From the NCBI GenBank assembly GCA_964012805.1, contig CAXGUD010000037.1:1-33860 (forward strand): a DNA stretch of 33,860 bases. Reading direction: 5' to 3'. The position numbers were made by a program, and so were the translations under genes. Each line of letters opens with the position of its first letter. Within the stretch, counting starts at the first letter, position 1. Origin of the DNA: an uncultured Bacteriovoracaceae bacterium. Its GTDB lineage: Bacteria; Bdellovibrionota; Bacteriovoracia; Bacteriovoracales; Bacteriovoracaceae. The notes under the pieces are model-generated. The model ran no database searches, was not told the DNA's origin, and saw nothing but the letters and a program-made list of their open reading frames with translations. Positions 19,007-28,084 of the stretch are shown here, one piece after another.

Positions 19007-21247
19007 ATGAAAAAGTACTCACGTTCTTTTACGCCTATCATATTTTTTTTCTTGATTTTTTTCACTCTTTTTTCTTTATCACAAAGTCATTCCCAGGAAT
19101 TGGATGAATTAGAGGTCGGAGGAGAGGGTGATCTAGAGACAGTTTTAGAGGAAGGTCCCGAAAACACAAAAAAAGAAGAGCAAAATAAACCAAAAGCTGA
19201 AGATATTTCATTATCTGAAAGGGAAGCAAAGGATGATCTTGAGTCATTAAAAGAGGACCTTGGAGATATAATTTTAGAAGATCCTTTAGAAGACGCAGTA
19301 AAAACAAAGGTTTCACCATCAAAGTCACAAAAAAAAGGGGTTGTAAGAGAAAAAGACTTATTTCCAAAGGAGGAAGTAGGTCCCCAAAAAAAGGACAAGG
19401 AAGTAACTGACCAGAAAAAGAAAAGAGATATAAAGGCAAATATTGGAACGAATCTTTTTGAAGCTGGTGAAGACGAAAAAAAATTATTAGAACTTGCTAA
19501 ATTTGTTCAAGCAAAAATACCTTATAAGGAATGGAAGGATATTTCAGGCCGGTCGCAAAGTGAAAAATACACAGTTCAAAAAGGTGATTACCTTTGGAAA
19601 ATATCTCAAAAGCTTTTTGGAACAGGTTTTTACTACTCAAAAATTTGGTCATTAAACCCATATATTAAAAATCCCCATGAAATAGAACCGGGAATGGTTC
19701 TTGTCTTTGATACGGGAGATAGCGACTCATTACCTTCTATTCAGGTTGGAAGTTTTGAAGAAAACCTAACTCAAGTAAGCTCTAGGGAAATGTCCAAAGG
19801 TGGAGCTTTTGCTTTTAATCAGTTTGGTGAAGAAATTGAACCCAAATGGATTAGAGAAAGGGAGCAACTTTTAGGAAAAGGTGTTTATTTTCAATATACA
19901 ACTCCAGAAACTTATAAGGACTTATCAGAAATCGGAAAGGCATCCTTAAGAAATGAATATGAAAAGTATGAACCTCCACTGACTGAAATTATTGTTCCAA
20001 CCTCTGATAACGTGGATTATGGTGAAGCCGGGTTTGATGAGAATTCCAAAATTTCCTACAATGTTAAGGAAGGTTTTTATTTAAATTCATTCGTAACCAC
20101 AAACATCGTTCAAGATGTGGGCCATATTGTCGGAGTTGCTAAAGAAAGTGTTTTTATCAATAAGTACGACACAATCTATATTAGATTGGATGAAAGCATT
20201 AAGGGAAAGCCGGGCGATAAATACTCTATTTATAAAGCTGAGGGAAAGGTTTTTCATCCTATTTCTGATAGAAAGGGCTACAGATATACAATTACAGCCC
20301 AGATTCAATTAATTAAAAAGATTAATAAAGTTTGGGAGGCCAAAGTCTTTGAAATTTCGGGAGTTGTTCAGCGAAAAGATCGACTGACCCTTTATACTCC
20401 AAAAGTTAAAAAAATATACCGTACTTTTGCTGATAGAACCATTGAAGCTGCTATTGTTAGTTCCTATCATGAAAGTGCTAATGGGCTTTCTTTTGGAAAC
20501 GTAACCTATTTAGATAGAGGTCGAATTGATGGAGTCGAGTTAGGAACAATATTTGAAATTTATGACTTTAAAGATAAGGCCACTGGAAGGCGGATCACGC
20601 CTGACCCAACTTATAAAATTGGGGAATTAACTGTCATAACGATGACGGATAATTTTGCTACGGCTCTAGTAACTAATAGCTCAGATGCAATTCACTTAGG
20701 TGCTTTGGCAATAAGTAAATCAAAAGAGTCGGCAGCGTTTGCTAAAAGGTTAAAGAGTAGTAATAAATTGAAAATAGATAGAAAAGCTAATTTAGAGGCG
20801 CTTGATGAGTTGGATGTTGAGCTTAATATTGATGATATTGGTGAAAGTTTACTCGATAAAGTGGATCAAATACAGATGACAGAAGATGAGTTAGAAGAAC
20901 TTGAAAAAGAAGAGAGAGAAAAATCAATCATTAAAGATCATGAAAAAGACCTACAGGAATTGGAAAGATTGGAAAAGGAAATAACTGACGCAGAAACGAA
21001 ATTAAGAACGGCTTCCCTAGATGAGGATAAATATTTGGAGCAGACGAATCTAGATGAGGTTGAGAAAACAGCAAATTTAAAGGCCAAAGCATTCGACTCG
21101 ATGGATCAGATAGAAGAGGACATTGGCAAAGTCTATATGGATGAAAAACTTAAGGCCAAAGAAAACAAATATGGGCTTTCTGAGTATGATGTTGAAGAAA
21201 TTGACAATTTGATGAGCGAAGAAATTAATAAAGGGGAGGAAGACTAA
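19007..21247 (+). CDS. LysM peptidoglycan-binding protein, TsaP-like, with acidic N- and C-terminal extensions
   Basis: Signal peptide, then LysM YTVQKGDYLWKISQKLFG...NPYIKNPHEIEPG, a downstream beta domain with VTYLDRGRIDGVELG, and a Glu/Asp-rich coiled-coil tail. Confidence 0.8.
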   Translation: MKKYSRSFTPIIFFFLIFFTLFSLSQSHSQELDELEVGGEGDLETVLEEGPENTKKEEQNKPKAEDISLSEREAKDDLESLKEDLGDIILEDPLEDAVKTKVSPSKSQKKGVVREKDLFPKEEVGPQKKDKEVTDQKKKRDIKANIGTNLFEAGEDEKKLLELAKFVQAKIPYKEWKDISGRSQSEKYTVQKGDYLWKISQKLFGTGFYYSKIWSLNPYIKNPHEIEPGMVLVFDTGDSDSLPSIQVGSFEENLTQVSSREMSKGGAFAFNQFGEEIEPKWIREREQLLGKGVYFQYTTPETYKDLSEIGKASLRNEYEKYEPPLTEIIVPTSDNVDYGEAGFDENSKISYNVKEGFYLNSFVTTNIVQDVGHIVGVAKESVFINKYDTIYIRLDESIKGKPGDKYSIYKAEGKVFHPISDRKGYRYTITAQIQLIKKINKVWEAKVFEISGVVQRKDRLTLYTPKVKKIYRTFADRTIEAAIVSSYHESANGLSFGNVTYLDRGRIDGVELGTIFEIYDFKDKATGRRITPDPTYKIGELTVITMTDNFATALVTNSSDAIHLGALAISKSKESAAFAKRLKSSNKLKIDRKANLEALDELDVELNIDDIGESLLDKVDQIQMTEDELEELEKEEREKSIIKDHEKDLQELERLEKEITDAETKLRTASLDEDKYLEQTNLDEVEKTANLKAKAFDSMDQIEEDIGKVYMDEKLKAKENKYGLSEYDVEEIDNLMSEEINKGEED

Positions 21248-21312
21248 CTTAAAAAGGGATGATAGCCTCAAACCTAGTTTTTACTTTATTGATTTAGGAA
21301 AAAAGGACGCAA

Positions 21313-22299
21313 ATGACCAAGGAAACATGGCGTGATGTCATTCTAAAGGGACCTGGACCGCAAAACAAAAAAGAGGCCATTATACTTTATGTGAAGGGCC
21401 TTATTATGGGAACTGCTGACCTTGTCCCGGGTGTTTCTGGTGGAACTGTTGCCTTTGTAACTGGCATTTATGATAAATTACTTGAGGCCATTGCTTCCGT
21501 TGATAAATCCTTTTTTACTTCCTTGGGAAAGCTAAATTTAAAAGAGGCTTTTTCAAAAGTCCACCTCCGTTTTCTTATTCCTTTGGTTTTAGGAATTGGA
21601 ACAGCTATCTTTTCACTTGCGAGGTTAATGCATTTTTTAATGAACCACTACCCTCATCAAACTTGGGGACTCTTTTTTGGACTCATTGTCGCCTCAACAA
21701 TCATTGTAGGAAAAAATTTAGAAAACTTATCTTCTGTAAAAACTCTTTTCTTTATTTGTTTTGGAAGTTTTATTGGTCATCTTCTGGTTTCTCTTATACC
21801 TGTTTCTACTCCTAATTCCCTATGGTTTATTTTTATTTGTGGAATGATTGGAATTACGGCCATGATTTTACCAGGCCTAAGCGGTTCCTTCCTTCTTCTT
21901 ATTTTAGGAAAATATGCTTATGTTACAGGAGCTTTGAAAGCACCCTTTGTTGGAGATAATTTTCAAATCCTTAGTGTTTTTCTTTTTGGAATGATTACAG
22001 GGCTTTTAAGTTTTTCCAGGGTTCTGCGCTTTTGTCTCAATTCCTATAAGGAACGAACTTTAAGCTTTTTAACTGGCCTTTTGATAGGAAGCCTTCAAAA
22101 GATTTGGCCTTGGAAAAACGTTCTTGAAAAAACTATTGTGAGAGGAAAAGAGAAGGTATTGAGAGAAGAGCTTTTTTTTCCTAAGGAAATTAATGGGGAC
22201 GTGATTATTGTTTTTGCCATTATGATTATTGGATTTACTGGTGTTTTATTAATTGAAAGTTTGGCCAAAAAAAAAAAGATCGTGGAGGTTAACCCGTAA
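21313..22299 (+). CDS. DUF368 family membrane protein (putative undecaprenyl-phosphate translocase family)
   Basis: Two repeats of the family motif (GLIMGTADLVPGVSGGT and AMILPGLSGS), plus LQKIWPWK. Multiple TM segments. Confidence 0.92.
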   Translation: MTKETWRDVILKGPGPQNKKEAIILYVKGLIMGTADLVPGVSGGTVAFVTGIYDKLLEAIASVDKSFFTSLGKLNLKEAFSKVHLRFLIPLVLGIGTAIFSLARLMHFLMNHYPHQTWGLFFGLIVASTIIVGKNLENLSSVKTLFFICFGSFIGHLLVSLIPVSTPNSLWFIFICGMIGITAMILPGLSGSFLLLILGKYAYVTGALKAPFVGDNFQILSVFLFGMITGLLSFSRVLRFCLNSYKERTLSFLTGLLIGSLQKIWPWKNVLEKTIVRGKEKVLREELFFPKEINGDVIIVFAIMIIGFTGVLLIESLAKKKKIVEVNP

Positions 22300-22374
22300 T
22301 TGTTTATAATGAAAGAGAGAGCATAATTATAGAGAAGTTTTATTCACTTCAACATTAAATAAAGGAGTTATTTA

Positions 22375-22548
22375 ATGCCTAAAAGAAAGTCAAAAAGCCC
22401 ACACACTGAAAAAACTCTTAAGAACCTACGAATCGACAACCTTAAAAAAGAATTAGATAACTTAAAGAAAAAAGGCGATGAAAATTATTCCCCTAAGATA
22501 GGCCGTCAAATTAAGCAAGCTGAGAAGAAAATTAAGGATGCGGCTTAG
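22375..22548 (+). CDS. Unannotated 57-aa Lys-rich small protein
   Basis: ATG at 22375 after AAAGGAG, TAG at 22546-22548, followed by a hairpin. Translation: MPKRKSKSPHTEKTLKNLRIDNLKKELDNLKKKGDENYSPKIGRQIKQAEKKIKDAA. Confidence 0.75.
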   Translation: MPKRKSKSPHTEKTLKNLRIDNLKKELDNLKKKGDENYSPKIGRQIKQAEKKIKDAA

Positions 22549-22567
22549 TTAACTCGGTGCGCATGTT

Positions 22568-22595
22568 TCAAAAGGGGTTGTAAAACCCCTTTTGA
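22568..22595 (+). terminator. Hairpin terminator after the 57-aa ORF
   Basis: Perfect 12-bp stem TCAAAAGGGGTT-GTAA-AACCCCTTTTGA. Confidence 0.75.
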
Positions 22596-22606
22596 GGTCC
22601 TATAAT
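22578..22606 (+). promoter_or_regulatory. Putative sigma70 promoter of tRNA-Arg
   Basis: TTGTAA (22578-22583), 17-nt spacer, TATAAT (22601-22606), ending 27 nt before the tRNA. Confidence 0.7.
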
Positions 22607-22633
22607 CCGTCTGGTTCTGATAATTAATTCCAT

Positions 22634-22710
22634 GCAGGATTAGCTCAGTTGGATAGAGTAGCTGGCTTCGAACCAGTTGGTCGGGGGTTCGAATCCCTCA
22701 TCCTGCACCA
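22634..22710 (+). tRNA. tRNA-Arg (anticodon TCG)
   Basis: Acceptor GCAGGAT/ATCCTGC, D loop AGTTGGATA (contains the Arg A20 identity base), anticodon arm GCTGG-CTTCGAA-CCAGT, T loop GTTCGAATC, encoded CCA. Length 77 nt. Confidence 0.97.
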
Positions 22711-22848
22711 CTTTTGTCAAAAAATCACAGCTTAATGCAATCACAATTTGGAGATAAAAAGATATAGATTCTTAAATGAAAGCTGGCTTTGTTGTTCCTA
22801 ACCTTCAAAAATACTTTTTAAAATCTCATTTCTTTGTAAAATAGGAGA

Positions 22849-23747
22849 ATGAAAAAAAACAATTTAATAATTTTTTATTTATCTTTTTATTAATTTCCTG
22901 TTCCACAATTGATAAAAAACAAGATGAAGAAATCTTTTATCAAAGTAGAATAAAGGGCTTGAAAGCTGATGAATTCACGACACCTCATGCATTACCTTTA
23001 TTTATTCTTTATATTGATTACATAAAAAACAATAGATGTAGTGGAAGAAGAAACCTTTCAAACTTTTATTTTAATCAACTCTCTTCAGTTAATAAAAATT
23101 ATCCTAGCAAGGTAAGATTTATTTTGGAAAGGATATGTAAAGAAACAAAAAATGTAAAAACTTGTCATATGATTCATAAAATTAAGTTTAAAAAAGATGA
23201 AAAGACCTTCTCAGGTTTTAAAGATATTACCTTTTTAAACTTATTTTTTAAAGAATTTTCAGGAAATTTTCATTTTAAAAATAAACTTGCAGAGGAAGAT
23301 CTATTCCTTTTGAATCCATTAGATGATGTTAATTATTGGTTTGATAACTATCCCGTTAAAAAGAGTAAAAAAAGGATGTACTCTTTTTTACAAAATTTAA
23401 AAACCAATAAAAAAAGATGTTTGCAAATGTTTGATAGATCTCTTATTTACAAAATAAGCAACGATTTCGAGTTAGGTCTACGAAATATGTCAAATGGGGT
23501 CTTAGATGTAAAAGATCATGATTTGATAAGAGACTTAAATTGGAAAAAGGAAGTTAGAGATAATTTCTATAAAGAACTATATCAAGAATATTTTTATGAT
23601 TATGGGAAAAGAAATTTTTTAAAATATCACATAGGAGCGCATTCTGATTTCTGTGAAGTAGAAGATAATTTTTCTTGTGATCCGGATTCGTCATATATAT
23701 GCTTGCTTCGTGACTTAAAAGGAAAAACGTCTTGCACAGAACCTTAA
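22849..23747 (+). CDS. Hypothetical Cys-containing lipoprotein; the start is out of frame with the body (frameshifted at an A8 tract)
   Basis: AGGAGA-ATG at 22849 reads into TAA after 14 codons. The -1 frame carries QFNNFLFIFLLISC (lipobox) and is open to 23747. The ORF track calls only 22959..23747. Confidence 0.65.
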
Positions 23748-23940
23748 TAAGAGAAGGTTTGAATTACAACGATGACCTCCAAAGACTTTTTCAATACTTC
23801 TCTAATTATCTAGAATAAGTTAAAAAACTTAAAAGTCTCTAAAAAATAACCAGTAACGATTTATTCCAAAACAAAACTAGGATAAACAATTCTCCAATGG
23901 ATGAGCTATGGAAACTGTAAAAGAACTATAACTAGCGTTT

Positions 23941-24462
23941 TTATTGGGAATATAAACCAGCTTTGTTAATGATTAGTTTATGAGTTTTTTTTGTTTTAAT
24001 TCCTCTTTTAATTATAATCAGCCCATGACCTGAAAGCTTGGATTTCTTTTTGGAAATCTCAGCAACAATTAGATAGTGATAGTCATTTCCTTTGTTTTTC
24101 ATTGGAAAGTCTTCAATTGATAAAGTAACTAAGACAGGAAGTTTTGGAGTTTTAAAGCTTTTTTTATTTAGAATACTCTTTTTAGATCCCTTAACCTTAT
24201 AAATAAAAAATTTAATTAGCTCTGACTTTTTGTCTAGTCCTTTTAAACTAGCATCAAGGCTTATGGAAACATCAATATCATAGGCATCTTTTTTACCACT
24301 TTTCATTGCTACAAGAACACGTTTCGGCATTTTCCCAGGGTCACCGACTTCAACACCTGCAGTAAAATCATCAAATGATGTATGTTTTTTTTGTTTAACT
24401 CCTGAGCATGATTGAAGTAAAAATAAAAAAATGAGAAGTTGATTAAAATATTTCACGAACAA
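23941..24462 (-). CDS. Hypothetical lipoprotein, possibly Ig-like (CycH/CcmI C-terminal or YbaY/YscW pilotin-like)
   Basis: Lipobox LQSC. The beta-strand pattern IDVSISLD...KFFIY...KLPVLVTLS...YLIVAEISK recalls that fold (resemblance only). Confidence 0.6.
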   Translation of the reverse strand: MFVKYFNQLLIFLFLLQSCSGVKQKKHTSFDDFTAGVEVGDPGKMPKRVLVAMKSGKKDAYDIDVSISLDASLKGLDKKSELIKFFIYKVKGSKKSILNKKSFKTPKLPVLVTLSIEDFPMKNKGNDYHYLIVAEISKKKSKLSGHGLIIIKRGIKTKKTHKLIINKAGLYSQ

Positions 24463-24619
24463 ACCTTTTACAAAGCTAATTTCTTAAACGTTTTATCGAC
24501 TCAAAATAAACCAATTTTAGAATAATTATTAGGTTTCCAATATTTAAACACTTATTTCTTAGGTAATAATAAGAAAAGACGTTAAGAGAGGGCAAGTCTT
24601 TTAAATGGTAAGGCAATTT

Positions 24620-27600
24620 ATGGCCAATAAAATAAAATTTATAGTGATATTATTTACCATTTTTTTTTATAACTCCTGCAGTAAGGAAAAATTTAGCTCA
24701 TCGATAGAAGAAAAATCGCTTATTTGTGGATCCAAAAATATAGATAATAAAACTAATGTAATTAAGATTTTTGATTCTAAGGGCAATCCTGTTAAAGGGC
24801 AGGAAGTAAATCAGGTAACATTTAATGGAGAAAAGCTGGAGCTAACAAATGAAGGTTGTGCCCTTATTCCAAAAAAAGAAGGCGAACTTTTTGTAAAGGT
24901 CTTTTCTCAAAATAAAAAGGAAATGATTAAAGTTAAAATAAAAAGATTTGATGATGGAATAATACAGAAGGTGTCTCTTAAAAAGTTATTTTCATTGAAA
25001 GAAAAAAAAATAAGTCAGAGGATTTTGCAAGAAATCTGTGGAACAAAAAATTTAAATGAGGGCGTCTATTATACCAAAGAGAATAGACATAAGTTTATTC
25101 TTTCTTTTAAAGAATTTGAAAGTTTAGAGGGCATAGATTTAAACTTAAGTTATAAATATAAAAAGAATCCCTCAAAGAGTTATATAAAGTACAATGGTCC
25201 ACTCTTAAAAATTTTAGATGAAACTGTAAACTTTTCATTAGATGAAAAGAACCCATTAATTTTAAAAATAGAGTTAAAAGATTCTTTTGACAATGAATTT
25301 TCAATTAAAAAGAAAGTTTGCTCTATAGTGAGAAATATTAATAAACCGGTTCTTGCAAGGATAAATGGGTTTAAGGTTATAGGAAATGAAGTACCAATTT
25401 TTGAAGAACCTATGGTATTTAACTTTAAAATCAAGGGAGGAATTCATCTTGAAAAAATAGAATTTATTTCAGATGGAGGGATAATTAAGGAATTTAAGGA
25501 TTCGCTGCAGCAATATTTAAAAGATGGATCTTATGGAATTCCTACTGATGAAATAGAGTTTATAAAATTGGGAAAAACACCTGTTAATATCACTCTGAGA
25601 TTAATTGACCGGATTGGAAACCTTTCAGAATATAAATTAAAGATAAAAAAGAGAGAAAGTTATAACTTACCCCATAAGCTATCAAATAAAGTAACTTTTA
25701 CAAAGTCGAAAGGTACCTTTTTAAATGGTAAAAATTTATTTACTTATAAAATTTCAAGATTAGAGGATAATTTACAATCCATAAAAACTTCAAAAATAAA
25801 TTTAAAAGAAGACCAACATGCCTTTAAATACAGATTTTTAAGTGAAAAAAAAATATCGATTATTTTGGGGTCAAAAAAAGGAATTATAGAAAGTTTTTCT
25901 ATTTATAATTATAATGAAAGTAGCAATTCTTGGATAGAAGAAAAAGGTCATGACTTAAAACCCTATAATCTAGAAATCAAAAAAAGTGAAAAAGACTGGG
26001 CTTCTAGAAGTGTAGCAATTTCTCCAAAAGGAACTCACTTATCTTATATTGATTTAAGTGCTCAAAAAATAAAAATCTTTAAATTTACAAATCCAATTGA
26101 GGTGAAGGAAATTAAGCTTCGCTTTCATGGAGGAATTTTTCAGCAATTTTTTGACAAAAAAGGAGAGAGCATTATATTTTCAGACCGCCATGGTTCAGTT
26201 GGATCTTTAAAACTAAAAGATTTTCCAGAAACTAGAGGTGTTTATTTAAACCTATCTGATAAACCACTAATTTATGGTCCTTTAAAAAATGGATATTATG
26301 TAATTCCTGGAAGAAAAAATATCTATAGAATGGATCCTACTAACCCTGAGGAAACCTCTAACTCTAATTTAGATTTATGCAAAGGTCTAATGAGTAATTA
26401 TTGTAAGGATGAAGAAAATTTCCATATTTTGGGTCATAACGAAAAAATGCTTGGATTGGGTTTGGGGAAAAGACCTAATGAAAAAGATGGTGGGTCAAAA
26501 AAATTAATCCTTTTAGATTATTTATCTTGGAGAAATTCCAAAAAAATAATCTTCTTTTTTAATAATGAATTAAAGCATGTAGCAATATCTCCAGATAATA
26601 AAAAACTAATGGTCTCTTTTAAGAAAAACAACCTAGTGTCTTTGGTTGATATTGCATCTAGGAAGATAATTAAGACATATACCCATGAAGATCATGTTGT
26701 TGCTTTAAAGTGGATAAAAAATAATCGAAGCTTAAGTCTATCCAGAGACGGAAATGCTATTTTTACAAAAATAAAATTGAAAGGTCATTTAACTGATTTA
26801 AAAGATATTGATCATTTTAAGATGTTTGAAGACAATTTAATCTTTTACACAATGGGAAATAAAAAATACATCCATGACTTTAAAAGAAATAAAAAAAATA
26901 TCCTTCCTTTTCCAAAAGATGAAAATGGAAAAAACTTATTTCTCTATGAAAAACATAATTTTTATTTTTTAAAAGGAAAGAGCTCAATACAAAATAATGC
27001 TTTTCCAATTTTAGGCGCTAGTAGGGGGGCAGATATAGATGGATTTAAATTAATAATCATAACACCAGAATTTAAATTAAAGGAAATTGAGGAAAATATC
27101 ACAGTAATCTATGCTAAAAAAGAAGACGGTAAGATCCTTTTTTTAATACCAAAAAATAATAACACTAAATTGTTGTTATTTGATATAAAAAATAAGTCTT
27201 TTTCCGATATAAAATCTTTAAAATTAAATGATATAGCAACAATAAATTACACGCCAGAAATTGGTATCAACGATAGTATAAAAAGAGATTTTGTTCATTT
27301 AAATAATTCAAAAGACACGGCAATTATAAGTTTTACAAAGATTAAAAAAAGTTGTCGGCCATCTGTTAGTTCCCATATACCAGGTGAAATTTGCATGGAT
27401 GAAAATTGGAATGTTTTTACTATTTATGATTTAAAAGAAAATAGGGTTATTGAAGAGAAGGATTTCAAATCATCAATAAATCAAACAATACCTCCTTTTA
27501 AAAATGGAGATGATCTTCTTTTAAATGGTAAAATTAAAATTAAATTAAAAAATGGGAATAAAGAATTTGGTATAATTAAAACGATGGATTGGGAAAATAT

Positions 27601-28084
27601 AATTTCATCTGAAAATCAAAGGGCTTTAATACCTCTCGAAAAAGAGATTCCCTCTAATTTGATGAAAGAAAATGATTTTCCTAATTTCAAGGTAATTCCT
27701 AAATCTTTAGATGAAATAAAAATTGTGAATAAAGAAAAAAATAGTGAAGCTAATCTAAGCTTTTATAATCAGGAGCTAATAACAAAAAAAAATCATCCTA
27801 ACGGACAATTTCTTTTTTTTAAAACTGAGATGGATGATGGAGTCTACTTAAAGTTTTTGGATTTAGACAATTTAAAAATCGTTGAAAGATTTCTTCTAAA
27901 AGAAGAGGATTCAGATTACTCAGACCTTTACCATGCGTTTGCTGACAAGGGAAATTTTCTTATTAAATACTTTTACAGAGAAGATCAAAAAGATCTAAGG
28001 ATTTTTCCACTTCATTTTTTTAATAAGAATACCTTTGATGACTTTATAAATTTAAAATCACCAATGACCCCCGATGTAGATTGA
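24620..28084 (+). CDS. Large lipoprotein with Ig-like N-terminal region and WD40/beta-propeller repeats
   Basis: MANKIKFIVILFTIFFYNSC lipoprotein-type signal (ATG 24620; alternative 24605). Propeller blades SVAISPKGTHLSY, HVAISPDNKKLMVS, SLVDIASRKIIKTYTHEDHVVALKW and SLSRDGNA. Confidence 0.75.
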   Translation: MANKIKFIVILFTIFFYNSCSKEKFSSSIEEKSLICGSKNIDNKTNVIKIFDSKGNPVKGQEVNQVTFNGEKLELTNEGCALIPKKEGELFVKVFSQNKKEMIKVKIKRFDDGIIQKVSLKKLFSLKEKKISQRILQEICGTKNLNEGVYYTKENRHKFILSFKEFESLEGIDLNLSYKYKKNPSKSYIKYNGPLLKILDETVNFSLDEKNPLILKIELKDSFDNEFSIKKKVCSIVRNINKPVLARINGFKVIGNEVPIFEEPMVFNFKIKGGIHLEKIEFISDGGIIKEFKDSLQQYLKDGSYGIPTDEIEFIKLGKTPVNITLRLIDRIGNLSEYKLKIKKRESYNLPHKLSNKVTFTKSKGTFLNGKNLFTYKISRLEDNLQSIKTSKINLKEDQHAFKYRFLSEKKISIILGSKKGIIESFSIYNYNESSNSWIEEKGHDLKPYNLEIKKSEKDWASRSVAISPKGTHLSYIDLSAQKIKIFKFTNPIEVKEIKLRFHGGIFQQFFDKKGESIIFSDRHGSVGSLKLKDFPETRGVYLNLSDKPLIYGPLKNGYYVIPGRKNIYRMDPTNPEETSNSNLDLCKGLMSNYCKDEENFHILGHNEKMLGLGLGKRPNEKDGGSKKLILLDYLSWRNSKKIIFFFNNELKHVAISPDNKKLMVSFKKNNLVSLVDIASRKIIKTYTHEDHVVALKWIKNNRSLSLSRDGNAIFTKIKLKGHLTDLKDIDHFKMFEDNLIFYTMGNKKYIHDFKRNKKNILPFPKDENGKNLFLYEKHNFYFLKGKSSIQNNAFPILGASRGADIDGFKLIIITPEFKLKEIEENITVIYAKKEDGKILFLIPKNNNTKLLLFDIKNKSFSDIKSLKLNDIATINYTPEIGINDSIKRDFVHLNNSKDTAIISFTKIKKSCRPSVSSHIPGEICMDENWNVFTIYDLKENRVIEEKDFKSSINQTIPPFKNGDDLLLNGKIKIKLKNGNKEFGIIKTMDWENIISSENQRALIPLEKEIPSNLMKENDFPNFKVIPKSLDEIKIVNKEKNSEANLSFYNQELITKKNHPNGQFLFFKTEMDDGVYLKFLDLDNLKIVERFLLKEEDSDYSDLYHAFADKGNFLIKYFYREDQKDLRIFPLHFFNKNTFDDFINLKSPMTPDVD

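Noticed and set aside
22267..22277. A11 homopolymer in the DUF368 gene as a phase-variation tract
   Set aside because: It lies in the last few codons (KKKK), so slippage would alter only the extreme C-terminus.
22849..24462. Gasdermin or other known caspase effector among the islet genes
   Set aside because: Both small proteins have lipoprotein signal peptides, and I could recognise no gasdermin-like N-terminus or fold pattern. Only a structure search could fully exclude it.
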